DNA of 64,000 bases, taken from Thermodesulfobacteriota bacterium (GTDB lineage Bacteria > Desulfobacterota > Desulfobacteria > Desulfobacterales > C00003060). Positions 22,679 to 33,173 of this stretch are shown here, piece by piece. Location of the stretch: contig JAXHVD010000015.1 of NCBI GenBank assembly GCA_034189385.1, positions 32,001 through 96,000 of the forward strand. Reading direction: 5' to 3'. Under the pieces are notes generated by a model that searched no databases, was not told the DNA's origin, and was given only the letters and a program-made list of their open reading frames with translations. Positions within the stretch are counted from its first letter, which is position 1; each line of letters opens with the position of its first letter. The translations under genes and the position numbers were made by a program.

Positions 22679-24811
22679 TTACGATAGCTGGCAAACCGTT
22701 GTGAGCGGACAGGTCTTCTCCTCGCCCTCACTGTGTGTGTCTTCGTGAACAGAACAGATGGCCTTTTCCGTGGTGGCATAAATGTGATCCCGTCCGATCC
22801 TCTCCAGAAGGTGCGTACGCTTGAACACCGCCATGACAGATTCATTCACGCCGCTCAACGAGATATCCACCCCCGCGGCCCGGCATCTGTCTATAATCAG
22901 GGACAAGGCCTCTTCTCCTGAGGCGTCCATGTCATTGATACCGTTAAAAACAATCAGGATATGCTTCAAATCCTTTATCCTCTGCATTCTCTCAGTGATC
23001 TGGTCTTCCAAAAAACTTGCATTGGCAAAGAACAGCGGGCCGTCAAAGCGAACCACGGCTATATGATCGCACTCTTTGAGGCCAAAGGCGATGGCGTCGC
23101 GCAGAGATTCATCTTCGTGTCTCGACAACGAGGCAACGGTGGGGCGCATGCTCTTGTAAAGGAATACAAGGAGCGACAGGCCCACGCCGATCTCAATCCC
23201 TTTTTCCAGATGGGGCGCAAAGGCCAGGGTACAGACAAAAGAGAGAATGGATATGGCCCCGTCATACCATTGGGCCTTCCAGGCATGGATGAACCCTGAG
23301 GCATTCACAAGGCCAATGACGGCCATCATGATCACGGCGGCCAACACGGCCTGGGGAAGGTGGTACAAGAGGGGCGTGAACAATAGAAGAACGATGACTA
23401 CCATCAGCGTGGTGATCACACTGGACATTCCTGAGATGGCTCCTGCTTGAAGGTTCACCGCAGACCTGGAGAAAGAACCTGACGTCGGATAGCTTCGGCC
23501 AAAAGAGCCGCATATATTGGCCAAGCCCTGCCCGATGAGTTCCTGGTTGGGATCCAGGCGCTGACCGGTCTTCGCGGCCATGGCCTTGGCAATGGCGATG
23601 GCCTCCATAAACCCAAGAAGCGAGATGATGGCCGCAAAGGGAAAGAGGTGCAAAAAAACCTTGCCGTCGATTTCTGGGATGGACAGAGAAGGCACGCCCC
23701 TGGGGATGACGCCCACCACGGCGCCGCCGCCCATCATGAGCAGATTCTCTTCTTTCAGCGGTTTGTTACCCACCTTAATCCGCCAGGTGCGCCCGTCACC
23801 TTTGATCCCAGCAGGGAGCTCATCCTTAAGGCAAAACCTCACAGATCCCCCTTCTTGTTCTATGCCCTCAAACAAGAAATGTCTGATTTGCTCGCGATAG
23901 AGATGGGCTTGGTGTTTTAGCCTCTCAATCTTGATCCTGAGAACACTTGCGTCGTGCTCGGCGTCTAGGACACCAATGGTGTCGTGGGCATTCTTGGCCT
24001 TGTCCAGCACTTCGCTCACATTGGACCGCTCTTGGGCAACGGGCTCCAGGGTCGTGACCGTTCTGTTGAATTCCCTGATAAGACTTCGGCACTCTGCCGA
24101 CTCAATGGCCGATATGTCAACGACGGCGTTGTGCTCAAACCCCACGGCCCAAGAGATCACCGTGGTCACCACCACGGCGATAAGCACCCCGGGTATTTTC
24201 GGCGAGATGCGTTTCAACCCATACATGATGGCGAAAGCGAGCACACCCATGAAGAGTGTGGGCCAATGGGTGTAATGACCGGCGGCCTTGCAGACCTCGA
24301 TGATCGTTTGATAGTGATGGGAGGCCTTGTCCACGTATACGCCGAACATCTTAGACAGCTGGGACGACGCGATAATGATAGCCGCCGCGTTGGTAAAGCC
24401 GTTCACCACGGGATGGGAGAGGAAGTTGACCACAAGGCCCAGCCTCAACACCCCCAGCACCAACTGGAACCCGCCCACCATCAGGGCCAGGAGGATAGCG
24501 TAGGCAACATACCCCTCGCTGCCTGCCGTAGCCAGCGGCTCAAGGGAGGCTGCCGTCATTAGGGAGACGACGGCCACAGGGCCCGTGGCCAGCTGACGGC
24601 TTGAGCCGAAGAGCGAGGCAATCATGGGAGGAAGAAAGGAGGCGTACAGGCCGTAGTACGGGGGCAGGCCTGCCAACTGGGCGTAGGCCATAGACTGAGG
24701 AATGAGCACCAGTGCCACCGTCAAGCCGGAAATAGCGTCGATTTTAAGGCTGTCGAGGCTGTAATTCCTAAACCAATTCAGAAATGGAAAGAACCTAGTT
24801 AGCATCAGCAA
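22679..24811 (-). CDS. SulP/SLC26 anion permease with STAS domain
   Basis: PQSMAYAQLAGLP, GLY, GSSRQLATGP, NQELIGQG and GSFSRSA; STAS motifs LFFANA and DMDASG. Confidence 0.95.
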   Translation of the reverse strand: MLMLTRFFPFLNWFRNYSLDSLKIDAISGLTVALVLIPQSMAYAQLAGLPPYYGLYASFLPPMIASLFGSSRQLATGPVAVVSLMTAASLEPLATAGSEGYVAYAILLALMVGGFQLVLGVLRLGLVVNFLSHPVVNGFTNAAAIIIASSQLSKMFGVYVDKASHHYQTIIEVCKAAGHYTHWPTLFMGVLAFAIMYGLKRISPKIPGVLIAVVVTTVISWAVGFEHNAVVDISAIESAECRSLIREFNRTVTTLEPVAQERSNVSEVLDKAKNAHDTIGVLDAEHDASVLRIKIERLKHQAHLYREQIRHFLFEGIEQEGGSVRFCLKDELPAGIKGDGRTWRIKVGNKPLKEENLLMMGGGAVVGVIPRGVPSLSIPEIDGKVFLHLFPFAAIISLLGFMEAIAIAKAMAAKTGQRLDPNQELIGQGLANICGSFGRSYPTSGSFSRSAVNLQAGAISGMSSVITTLMVVIVLLLFTPLLYHLPQAVLAAVIMMAVIGLVNASGFIHAWKAQWYDGAISILSFVCTLAFAPHLEKGIEIGVGLSLLVFLYKSMRPTVASLSRHEDESLRDAIAFGLKECDHIAVVRFDGPLFFANASFLEDQITERMQRIKDLKHILIVFNGINDMDASGEEALSLIIDRCRAAGVDISLSGVNESVMAVFKRTHLLERIGRDHIYATTEKAICSVHEDTHSEGEEKTCPLTTVCQLS

Positions 24812-24820
24812 TACCTCTTT

Positions 24821-25450
24821 CTAAAGTTTTCTTTGTTCCAGCATCCTGCGGCACGAGTCCATGAGCTCCCGATAAAGGCCGGCTGCCTCGTAGAGGTTGT
24901 ACGTATCAAACCGCACCAGGGCATCCACCATGCTGAAAATAATCAGTGCTGCCTTTCTGGCGGCCATCTCTCGTATGGATCCGTCCCTTTGCCCAAGCAC
25001 CACACCGTGCTCAAAAATCTCGAGCAGGCAGTCATAGATGGCCTCAAGGTGTTTTCTGCAGGTAGGGTTGCTCTTGGCAAGCTCGTAGGCATCATGGCGG
25101 TGCAAGAGAAGAAACCGATTCTCCATGGCCGCCCCTAACTGGATATAGAAGGTCATGGCCCCCTCTATCATGTCCAGGCCACTATCGAATCTTGTCTCTT
25201 CCAGATATCCGTGAAACTCCCTGATGATGTCCTCTTTAACCTTCTCAAGAACGGTGAGGAAGAGCTCTTCTTTGTTCTTAAAATGGTAGAAGATGGTGCC
25301 TTCGGCCGCACCGGTCACCTTGGACAGTTCCGCCATGGAGGTATCCTTGAACCCCTTTTCAGCAAAGAGGATGGTGGCCGCTCGAATAATCGCCTCTTTC
25401 CTGGAGATCCCCCCCTGGGGTCGTCTATTTCTCATAGGATTGCCAAACAT
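24821..25450 (-). CDS. TetR/AcrR-family transcriptional regulator
   Basis: LFAEKGF..TSM..GTIFYHFKNKEELF HTH. Confidence 0.93.
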   Translation of the reverse strand: MFGNPMRNRRPQGGISRKEAIIRAATILFAEKGFKDTSMAELSKVTGAAEGTIFYHFKNKEELFLTVLEKVKEDIIREFHGYLEETRFDSGLDMIEGAMTFYIQLGAAMENRFLLLHRHDAYELAKSNPTCRKHLEAIYDCLLEIFEHGVVLGQRDGSIREMAARKAALIIFSMVDALVRFDTYNLYEAAGLYRELMDSCRRMLEQRKL

Positions 25451-25505
25451 GCCATTTGGTCACGGGAAAAGCCCCCTGCCGGCCAACACCCTTTGGGCAA
25501 AAACC

Positions 25506-25521
25506 GACTGAGCGCTCAGTC
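25506..25521. promoter_or_regulatory. Perfect 16-bp palindrome, putative TetR operator
   Basis: GACTGAGCGCTCAGTC directly downstream of the predicted -10 of the tetR-sulP promoter. Confidence 0.72.
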
Positions 25522-25529
25522 TAAATAAC

Positions 25530-25558
25530 ACAGTACACACTCCACTTCACTGCGTCAA
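25530..25558 (-). promoter_or_regulatory. Sigma70-type promoter of the tetR-sulP operon
   Basis: TTGACG-N17-TACTGT. Confidence 0.62.
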
Positions 25559-25795
25559 GCAAAAAATCGCACAGAGGACAAAAAAACTTAATACTGATTT
25601 ATATCATTTGCTTATCTACTATGAGATGGCTCCCTGACCCTCTTTTCGCTGGGAATGCGGCCTCAGACACCGCCCATGGACATGAGAAAAAACAGGTGAG
25701 TGGACCTCTTCCCCCTTGCCCCTCATTCAGAGGGGCCAAAGGCAAGCGGTCCATACAGCAGACAGAGGAAACCCAACACCTAATCAGAGCGGCCC

Positions 25796-26644
25796 TCACA
25801 ATCTCGCACTGGTTAGCCTTTCAATCCTCTTTTCCACTGGCGGGTGGGTGCTGAACAGGTTCATGAGGCTCTTTCCGGACAAGGGGTTCATGATAAACAT
25901 GTGGGCCGTGGCAGGCTCTGCCTGCATCGGCACACGCCTGGAAGAGGAAGCAATCTTTTTCAGCGCACTGGCAAGGCTCCTGGGGCTTCCAGAAAAGGAC
26001 GCGCCCGCGGCATCGGCCGCATATTCCCTGGATCTGGAAATGGCCATTTGGATCAACATGGCGGCCATGGGCGCGAGGATCGACATGGCAATCAGGCCAA
26101 TGGCCCCACCACCATCATCATCGTCCCGGCTGCCAAAGCCACCAAAAAGGGCAGCCCATCTGGCCATGCTCGCCACCATCATGATGGCGCCGGCCAGGGT
26201 CGCTGCAATGGAACCGATTAGGATATCTCTATGCTTCACATGGGCCAATTCATGGGCCAGCACACCCTTTAGCTCATTTTCGTCTAGGAGTCTCAAGATC
26301 CCCTGAGTGACAGCCACCACGGCATGCTCAGGATTGCGGCCCGTGGCAAAGGCGTTGGGCGATTCAGAGGGCATGATACAGATCTTGGGCATGGGAAGGC
26401 CAGCCTGCAGGGCTAGCTGTTTCACCATGCGATGAAGATCTGGGGCCTCGGCCTCAGACACCGGTCTGGCCCGGTACATCTTTAAGACCATCTTGTCCGA
26501 AAACCAGTAGGCGCCAAAATTCATCATCATGGCAAAGACGAATGCGATGACCATCCCCTGGTTCCCACCCAGGTACCGGCCTATGAACATCACCAGGCCC
26601 GTGAGAGCCCCCAGAAGAAGCGCTGTCTTTATGGTGTTACCCAT
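25796..26644 (-). CDS. htpX: Zinc metalloprotease HtpX
   Basis: [24 protein letters not shown] and FSTHPP. Confidence 0.96.
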   Translation of the reverse strand: MGNTIKTALLLGALTGLVMFIGRYLGGNQGMVIAFVFAMMMNFGAYWFSDKMVLKMYRARPVSEAEAPDLHRMVKQLALQAGLPMPKICIMPSESPNAFATGRNPEHAVVAVTQGILRLLDENELKGVLAHELAHVKHRDILIGSIAATLAGAIMMVASMARWAALFGGFGSRDDDDGGGAIGLIAMSILAPMAAMLIQMAISRSREYAADAAGASFSGSPRSLASALKKIASSSRRVPMQAEPATAHMFIMNPLSGKSLMNLFSTHPPVEKRIERLTSARL

Positions 26645-26879
26645 TTGATCCTCCTATGGCCCACGGCCCGGTCAGTTGTCCACTGGACAACAGGGGCACC
26701 GCAGGCAGACCCAGTTATTGAAATCGCTATGCCCGGCCATTGACCGTGGGCGTATTCTATCCTACAAGTTAAAAATTAATCACCAAGCCAAGGGGTGTCA
26801 ACGCGCTCTTTTGCCTTTTATCGACCTCGTTTTTTTCAGAGTTTTTTCTTGACGGCTCCGCCATTTAGTTATCTAAGCT

Positions 26880-27022
26880 AGTTTCCATCCATAAACGGCC
26901 CTTTTCCGCAATCTCGGCGTCAGTCTGCGAGATTGCTTGTGCGACGTACCTCGGTACGCCTCCGCGCAATCCCTTGATTTTCTTGACCTTGCGAAAAATT
27001 GCTTGTTTCTGAATTGGAAACT
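26880..27022. mobile_element. MITE-like element with terminal inverted repeats
   Basis: AGTTTCCA...TGGAAACT termini with imperfect extension; non-coding, partly self-complementary interior. Confidence 0.6.
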
Positions 27023-27108
27023 GACACGAGTGCCCACCTCCTTTTTGGGCATTTGCCGATGGACACAAGCTAAAGGACCAATACGCAATTAGACTCCGTC
27101 CATAATCC

Positions 27109-27819
27109 ATGCACCTCACCATTAACCAAGTGGCGACATTACTGAACTTACCGGCGAGCACGGTGCAGCGCTGGATCCGTCAGGGCAATATACCCGTATA
27201 TAGGCACGAGGGGAAATATCTCTTCCTGGAGAAGGAGTTGGTGAAGTGGGCCCAGGCCCAAGGCATTACTTTTGCGTCCAAGTCAGAAAAAGCCGCCGGC
27301 CCTGAACCGGTCCCAGACCATAGCCTTGTCTCGGCCATGAAGAGGGGAGGGGTCTTGGAGGGGGTCAGAGGCGACGATACCTCCACGGTCCTAAAGGCTC
27401 TCGTTGAGACGGCACCTTTAGCACCGTCCATTGACCGCGAGGAGTTGTTTCTCAGGCTCCTTGAGCGAGAAGACCTTTCAACCACTGGAATCGGCCGAGG
27501 GGTGGCTATTCCCCACCCGCGGTCCCCATTACCCCATGCACCGGCAGAACCGAGCATCACCACGTGCTTTTTAGAACACCCCATGGACTACAATGCCATC
27601 GACGACAGTCCCGTGTTTGTCCTGTTCTTGATGTTGAGTCCATCACCGAAGATTCACCTCAGGCTCCTGGCCAGGTTAAGCTATGCGCTCCGAGACAAGG
27701 CCTTCATAGATTTTTTGAGAGGCTCACCGCCTGAGGGCCCTCTCCTTTCAAGGGTGGCAGAGATCGAAACCAACATAGACAACGTCCGTCACCTTTCTGA
27801 GTTGCACCATGGCTCTTAA
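27109..27819 (+). CDS. Excisionase-like HTH fused to PTS EIIA (PtsN-like) domain
   Basis: LTINQVATLL..TVQRWIRQGNIP; REDLSTTGIGRGVAIPHPR phospho-His motif. Confidence 0.9.
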   Translation: MHLTINQVATLLNLPASTVQRWIRQGNIPVYRHEGKYLFLEKELVKWAQAQGITFASKSEKAAGPEPVPDHSLVSAMKRGGVLEGVRGDDTSTVLKALVETAPLAPSIDREELFLRLLEREDLSTTGIGRGVAIPHPRSPLPHAPAEPSITTCFLEHPMDYNAIDDSPVFVLFLMLSPSPKIHLRLLARLSYALRDKAFIDFLRGSPPEGPLLSRVAEIETNIDNVRHLSELHHGS

Positions 27820-29539
27820 CGTGAAGGTCCCCTCCCTGCGCCTTGCCCTTTTGCGCGCCATCTGGCGCATAGACGAGCGCCTCCTCTTGATCGTCTTTGC
27901 TGCTATCGTTGGAACAGGCGCGGGCCTTGCCGCCGTCATTTTGAATCAACTGCTCTTTCATATACATGAGGCGTTGAAACCCCTTCGTTTCCACTGGTAT
28001 GCCTTCATCCTCCCGGCATGTGGCGCCGGATTGTCTGCCCTGTTTCTAGGCCATGTGATGAAAGAAGGGGCGGGCCATGGCGTGCCTGAAGTCATATACA
28101 GTGTCTGTAAAAGAGGCGGCCTCCTGCGTTTGCGTTCCAGTTTTTCTCGCCTTATCTCAAGTGCACTCACTATTGCCAGCGGAGGTTCTGCCGGGCCTGA
28201 GGCTCCAGTTGTTATGAGTGGAGCCTCTATTGGCTCAAACATTGCCAGGGCCTTTTCATTGAATGATCGCCAGAGGACGACCATGGTCGGCTGTGGGGCC
28301 GCCAGCGCCATTTCCGCAATCTTCAACGCCCCCATAGCCGGTATTATATTCTCCGTAGAAGTCATACTGGGGGAATGGACCCCTATTAATCTTATCCCCA
28401 TTGGCATTGCATCAGTCGTTGGCACGGAGGTCAGTCGCCTTCTCCAAGGAAACCTCATCCCTTTTAGCCATCGCCAGTTTCACGCCTCTCTTTTGGACAT
28501 ACTGGCATCTGTGGGCATTGCGGTGTTGGCAGGGCTCAGCTCCGTGCTTTTCACCCGCCTCCTAAACGGCACCATACGCAAATCCCATGAGCTGGCAAGT
28601 CCCGATTGGCTCCGGGCCGCCCTTGGTGGGGCCTCTGTAGGCCTTTTGGGCTTGGCCTTTCCTTCTGTTTTGGGAAAGGGCTACGATGTGGTGAGCACCA
28701 TCATAGAGAATCATTATCAATCGGGCCTGGTGCTCGTAGCCCTTGCAACACTGGCTAAGATTGTGGCAACCTCCCTCACCATCGGAACAGGGGGCTCAGG
28801 CGGCATCTTCGCGCCCTGTCTCGTCATCGGCAGTCTGGGAGGGCTTGCCTATCAGCGTGGCCTTGTTGCTTGTTGGCCTGCTGTCCCCTGGGCAGAAGAA
28901 GGATTCTTTGCCATGCTGGGAATGGCAGGCGTCATGAGTGGCACCTTGCAGGCACCACTGACCGGGATTTTTCTCATCGTAGAGGTTACGGGCAGTTATG
29001 AAGTGGTGTTGCCTCTTATCCTGGTCTCTTTTGTGTCTGCAACCCTCTGCCACCATTTACAGCCGGTGTCGTTCTATTATGGAGAACTCGTAAGCCAGGG
29101 CCATCTGCTTCGGCCCAGAACAGATGCCCGCCTGCTGGCCGACCTAAACATCCTGGAGCTAATAGAAAAGGACTGCATCGTCATCCATGAAAATATGCGG
29201 CTGAGAGACATGATCCCCATTATAGAACAAGCCTCACGGGACTGTTTTCCCGTGGAAGACTCAAAGACAGGAGATTTCCTCGGTCTGATCCACCTCAACG
29301 ACATTCGGCCCTATCTTTTCAATCCCGGTCTTCACGACGCTGTGATTATGGGTGAGATCATGGATGTAAACGTACCGCGAGTAGCGCCCTTTGACCACAT
29401 GAAAGACGTCCTGCAGCTTATGGATGAGACCCACTCATGGAGCCTCCCTGTAGTGCGCAGAGATAAGTTCATGGGCATGGTCTCCAAAGGGACTATCCTA
29501 GATCGATACCGCAAGGAGCTGATCGTACAAACCCATTAG
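27809..29539 (+). CDS. ClC-family chloride/H+ transporter with CBS pair
   Basis: GHGVPEV, GPEAP, FNAPIAG..E and GGIFAP; C-terminal CBS domains. Confidence 0.93.
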   Translation: MALNVKVPSLRLALLRAIWRIDERLLLIVFAAIVGTGAGLAAVILNQLLFHIHEALKPLRFHWYAFILPACGAGLSALFLGHVMKEGAGHGVPEVIYSVCKRGGLLRLRSSFSRLISSALTIASGGSAGPEAPVVMSGASIGSNIARAFSLNDRQRTTMVGCGAASAISAIFNAPIAGIIFSVEVILGEWTPINLIPIGIASVVGTEVSRLLQGNLIPFSHRQFHASLLDILASVGIAVLAGLSSVLFTRLLNGTIRKSHELASPDWLRAALGGASVGLLGLAFPSVLGKGYDVVSTIIENHYQSGLVLVALATLAKIVATSLTIGTGGSGGIFAPCLVIGSLGGLAYQRGLVACWPAVPWAEEGFFAMLGMAGVMSGTLQAPLTGIFLIVEVTGSYEVVLPLILVSFVSATLCHHLQPVSFYYGELVSQGHLLRPRTDARLLADLNILELIEKDCIVIHENMRLRDMIPIIEQASRDCFPVEDSKTGDFLGLIHLNDIRPYLFNPGLHDAVIMGEIMDVNVPRVAPFDHMKDVLQLMDETHSWSLPVVRRDKFMGMVSKGTILDRYRKELIVQTH

Positions 29540-29549
29540 GAGGCACAGC

Positions 29550-30359
29550 ATGAAACCACAACTGCTTCATATTTTTAGAAACACCCCCTTTGGCCGAGAG
29601 ACCCTTCTTGAGTCCTGTTACTTCTGCCGGACCATCGGGACAGAATTGGTCGCCTACGTCCCCAAGACGTCCAAGTTTCTCATGTATTTTGAAAACGACG
29701 TGGTTCAGGTGGATCTGGACAGCTCGTTTCTCTCCTCACCAGACACAGCAAAAGAACATGCCACATCGATCATCCGTTCTTCCGGACTGGCCCCACTCTT
29801 CTTTGACCCAAAAGACTTCACAGCCTCGACCTTGCCCGACATCCCCACCCATTTTGACTACATGTGTTGCCCTCGCAGCATTGTAGACCTTTCTTCGAAG
29901 ATCGGCTTGGGATACATAGGACCCCGGGTAAGAAGAATTGTCCAGAGCGCGACGTTTCCGGTCTACATCCCCAATCCCGTGTTCAAGGAGTGGAAAAGCC
30001 TCGCCGTGTTGTTCGGTGGTTCGGCCAATGCTGTGAAGGCCCTTCGATTGGCCATGCGATTGAGCAGGCTCTCCGGTTATCCTCTCAAGGTCTTTACTCA
30101 GCTAGAAAGTGACAGCAGAGCAGACTATGACAGGGTCATCAAAGAAAACGGCCTTGAAGACGCCATTGAAGATTGGACCATTTTTGAGGCAGGAAAACTG
30201 AAAGCAAATCTTTACGAAGTCCCCCACGACGCCCTTGTCATTCTGGGGGCCTATGGCCATGGCTTAATTAGGCAGCTTGCCTTTGGGAGCAAGATGGAAT
30301 TGATCCAAACCATACTGCCCAATAGCCTCTTAATCGTGGGGCCCCACTGCGCCGTTTAG
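29550..30359 (+). CDS. USP-like protein
   Basis: C-terminal [19 protein letters not shown] motif; AGGAGG RBS. Confidence 0.75.
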   Translation: MKPQLLHIFRNTPFGRETLLESCYFCRTIGTELVAYVPKTSKFLMYFENDVVQVDLDSSFLSSPDTAKEHATSIIRSSGLAPLFFDPKDFTASTLPDIPTHFDYMCCPRSIVDLSSKIGLGYIGPRVRRIVQSATFPVYIPNPVFKEWKSLAVLFGGSANAVKALRLAMRLSRLSGYPLKVFTQLESDSRADYDRVIKENGLEDAIEDWTIFEAGKLKANLYEVPHDALVILGAYGHGLIRQLAFGSKMELIQTILPNSLLIVGPHCAV

Positions 30360-32939
30360 TTCAAAGACAATCTTCTCCCCGTCTCCATGGCACCGTATAT
30401 GGCTCCCCTCAGAGAAATGGCCCTCCAGGATCTCCATGGCTAGTGGGTTTTCGATGTGCTTCTGGATAGCCCGCTTCAGTGGACGGGCACCAAAGGTAGG
30501 ATCAAAGCCCTCCCGTGCTAAAAGGGCCTTGGCGTCATCTGAAAGCGCCAGCGTCATATGCTGATCCGCCAGTCGCCTTTTCAAACCCTCCAGTTGGATC
30601 TCCACAATGGCATGCAGATGCTCCGGTGTGAGGTTATGGAAAATCATGATGTCGTCAATCCTGTTTAGAAACTCCGGCTTGAAACTGGCCTGAAGGGCCT
30701 CCATGACCCGTTTTTCCATTTCTTGGCGCTGATCTGCACCCAGTTCCTGGATCCAATGGCTCCCCACATTGGATGTCATGATGATGATGGTATTCTTAAA
30801 ATCCACTGTACGGCCTTGGCCATCGGTCATGCGGCCGTCATCAAGGATCTGCAAAAGCGCGTTAAAGACCTCTGGATGGGCCTTTTCGATCTCGTCAAAA
30901 AGGACCACGGAATAAGGACGGCGCCTCACCGATTCAGTAAGTTGCCCACCCTCTTCGTAGCCCACGTATCCGGGAGGGGCGCCGATGAGTCTTGAGACAG
31001 AGTGCCTTTCCATGTACTCAGACATGTCAATCCGGACCATGGCCTGTTCATCGTCAAAGAGAAACGCTGCCAGGGCCTTGGCCAGCTCTGTCTTGCCCAC
31101 ACCTGTGGGTCCCATGAAGATGAACGAGCCGATAGGACGATTGGGGTCCTGCAGGCCTGATCTGGCCCGCCGCACGGCATTGGACACGGCCACAATGGCA
31201 TCCTTCTGCCCCACGACCCGTTTTGAGAGGCGTCCTTCCATATGCACGAGCTTCTGCCGCTCCCCTTCCATCATTCGAGACACCGGAATTCCCGTCCACC
31301 TGGAAACCACCTCAGCTACATCTTCTTCATCTACTTCTTCCTTGAGCATCTTGCGTCCAGATTGCAGTTCGGAAAGGGTGGCATTGGCCTCTTCCAGGCG
31401 TTTTCTCAAGTCGGTGGTCACCCCGTAGCGAAGCTCTGCGGCACGGGCGAGGTTCCCTTCACGCTCGGCCTGCTGTTCCTCAATGCCAAGACGTTCCAGT
31501 TCCTCCTTTGCCTTACGAATGGTCTGGATGGCCTCTTTTTCATTCTGCCAGTGGGCCTTCATTTCCCGGCTCTTTTCCAGCATGGCGCCAATCTCTTTTT
31601 CAAGCTTTTTGAGCCGTTCTTTTGAGGCATCGTCCGTTTCCTTGCGCAGGGCCTCCCGTTCGATCTCGGCCTGGATGATTTTGCGCTCCACCTCATCGAT
31701 CTCGGCAGGCATGCTGTCTATCTCGATGCGGAGCCTGGAAGCAGACTCATCTATGAGATCGATGGCCTTGTCCGGCAGGAACCGATCGGAAATGTACCGG
31801 TGAGACAAAGTGGCCGCAGCCACTATGGCAGAGTCCTTGATCCGCACCCCATGATGGACTTCATATTTCTCTTTCAGGCCTCGCAAAATGGAAATGGTCT
31901 CCTCCACCGAAGGTTCGACTACGAGGACAGGTTGGAAACGCCGCTCTAGGGCCGCGTCCTTTTCCACGTGTTTGCGGTATTCGTTCAGTGTTGTGGCCCC
32001 CACGCACCTGAGTGTACCGCGCGCCAAGGCAGGCTTCAGCATATTTGACGCATCTACGGCTCCCTCCGCGGCCCCAGCGCCCACCATGGTGTGAAGCTCA
32101 TCGATGAACATGATGATCTCGCCTTCAGCCGCCTCTACCTCTTTCAACACAGCCTTAAGGCGGTCTTCGAACTCGCCACGGTACTTGGCCCCTGCCACGA
32201 GGGTTCCCATGTCCAAGGCAACCAACCGTCTATTCTTGAGGGTCTCTGGCACGTCGCCGTTGACAATCCGCTGGGCCAGCCCTTCCACAATAGCAGTCTT
32301 ACCCACGCCCGGTTCACCGATCAGGACCGGGTTGTTCTTGGTACGACGGGAAAGGACCTGCACCACCCGGCGGATCTCCTCATCCCGACCAATGACCGGA
32401 TCGATTTTGCCGAGGCGGGCGAGATCGGTGAGATCCCGGCCAAATTTCTGGAGGGCCTGATATTTTTCCTCAGGATTAGGATCGGTAATCCGCTGGGTGC
32501 CCCGAATCTCCACAAGGACTTTCAGGATCGATTCGCGGGTGACCCCTGCGCCCGTCAAGATGCGGGCCCCATCTGTTTCTTTCTGGTCGGTCATGGCCAC
32601 AAGGATGTGTTCTATGCTCACATATTCATCCTTGAGCTTGGCCGCTTCTGCAAAGGCCCCATCAAGAACCCTTTTCGTTGCTGGGGAGATGTAGACTTCT
32701 CCCGCGCCGGCACCGCTGAGTTGAGGCTTCTTATCCAAGGCCTGAGAGACTTCCTGCAACACCCCTTCAGGAGATGCCCCAAGTTTTTGCAAAATAGAGC
32801 GGGCAATCCCCTCTCGTTGCTCTAGCATGGTTTTCAGCAGATGCTCCGGCTCTATTTGCTGGTGCCGCAACTGCCCGGCCAAGGCCTGGGCACCTTGAAT
32901 CAGCTCCTGAGATTTGATGGTGAACTTGTCAAAGCGCAT
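30330..32939 (-). CDS. clpB: Chaperone ClpB
   Basis: Two AAA modules ([16 protein letters not shown]), coiled-coil M domain and GARPLKR; 869 aa. Confidence 0.98.
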   Translation of the reverse strand: MRFDKFTIKSQELIQGAQALAGQLRHQQIEPEHLLKTMLEQREGIARSILQKLGASPEGVLQEVSQALDKKPQLSGAGAGEVYISPATKRVLDGAFAEAAKLKDEYVSIEHILVAMTDQKETDGARILTGAGVTRESILKVLVEIRGTQRITDPNPEEKYQALQKFGRDLTDLARLGKIDPVIGRDEEIRRVVQVLSRRTKNNPVLIGEPGVGKTAIVEGLAQRIVNGDVPETLKNRRLVALDMGTLVAGAKYRGEFEDRLKAVLKEVEAAEGEIIMFIDELHTMVGAGAAEGAVDASNMLKPALARGTLRCVGATTLNEYRKHVEKDAALERRFQPVLVVEPSVEETISILRGLKEKYEVHHGVRIKDSAIVAAATLSHRYISDRFLPDKAIDLIDESASRLRIEIDSMPAEIDEVERKIIQAEIEREALRKETDDASKERLKKLEKEIGAMLEKSREMKAHWQNEKEAIQTIRKAKEELERLGIEEQQAEREGNLARAAELRYGVTTDLRKRLEEANATLSELQSGRKMLKEEVDEEDVAEVVSRWTGIPVSRMMEGERQKLVHMEGRLSKRVVGQKDAIVAVSNAVRRARSGLQDPNRPIGSFIFMGPTGVGKTELAKALAAFLFDDEQAMVRIDMSEYMERHSVSRLIGAPPGYVGYEEGGQLTESVRRRPYSVVLFDEIEKAHPEVFNALLQILDDGRMTDGQGRTVDFKNTIIIMTSNVGSHWIQELGADQRQEMEKRVMEALQASFKPEFLNRIDDIMIFHNLTPEHLHAIVEIQLEGLKRRLADQHMTLALSDDAKALLAREGFDPTFGARPLKRAIQKHIENPLAMEILEGHFSEGSHIRCHGDGEKIVFELNGAVGPHD

Positions 32940-33173
32940 CTTTTTCTCCTTCTTACATTTTCAACAGACATACTTCTCACAAAACATAATCACTGGGTAT
33001 ATATTGTCAAACCCTGCCAGATTACATCATAAATCTCTTTGAAACCGGCTGTGCCTTTTCTTCAACATACTGGTCTATCGTGCTTTGTCAACAAGGCTTG
33101 TCATCTGGAAACAGCGTCGATTCACACGCCAGAGGGAAAAAGATGAGGGACTTAGAGAGTGTGAATGGCCTTC

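Noticed and set aside
27809..29539. Fluoride-specific CLC-F exporter
   Set aside because: It has GHGVP and GPEAP rather than GNNLI and GREGT, and I saw no fluoride riboswitch
30330..30359. 30-nt convergent overlap between clpB and the USP-like gene
   Set aside because: Short 3' overlaps of convergent genes are common
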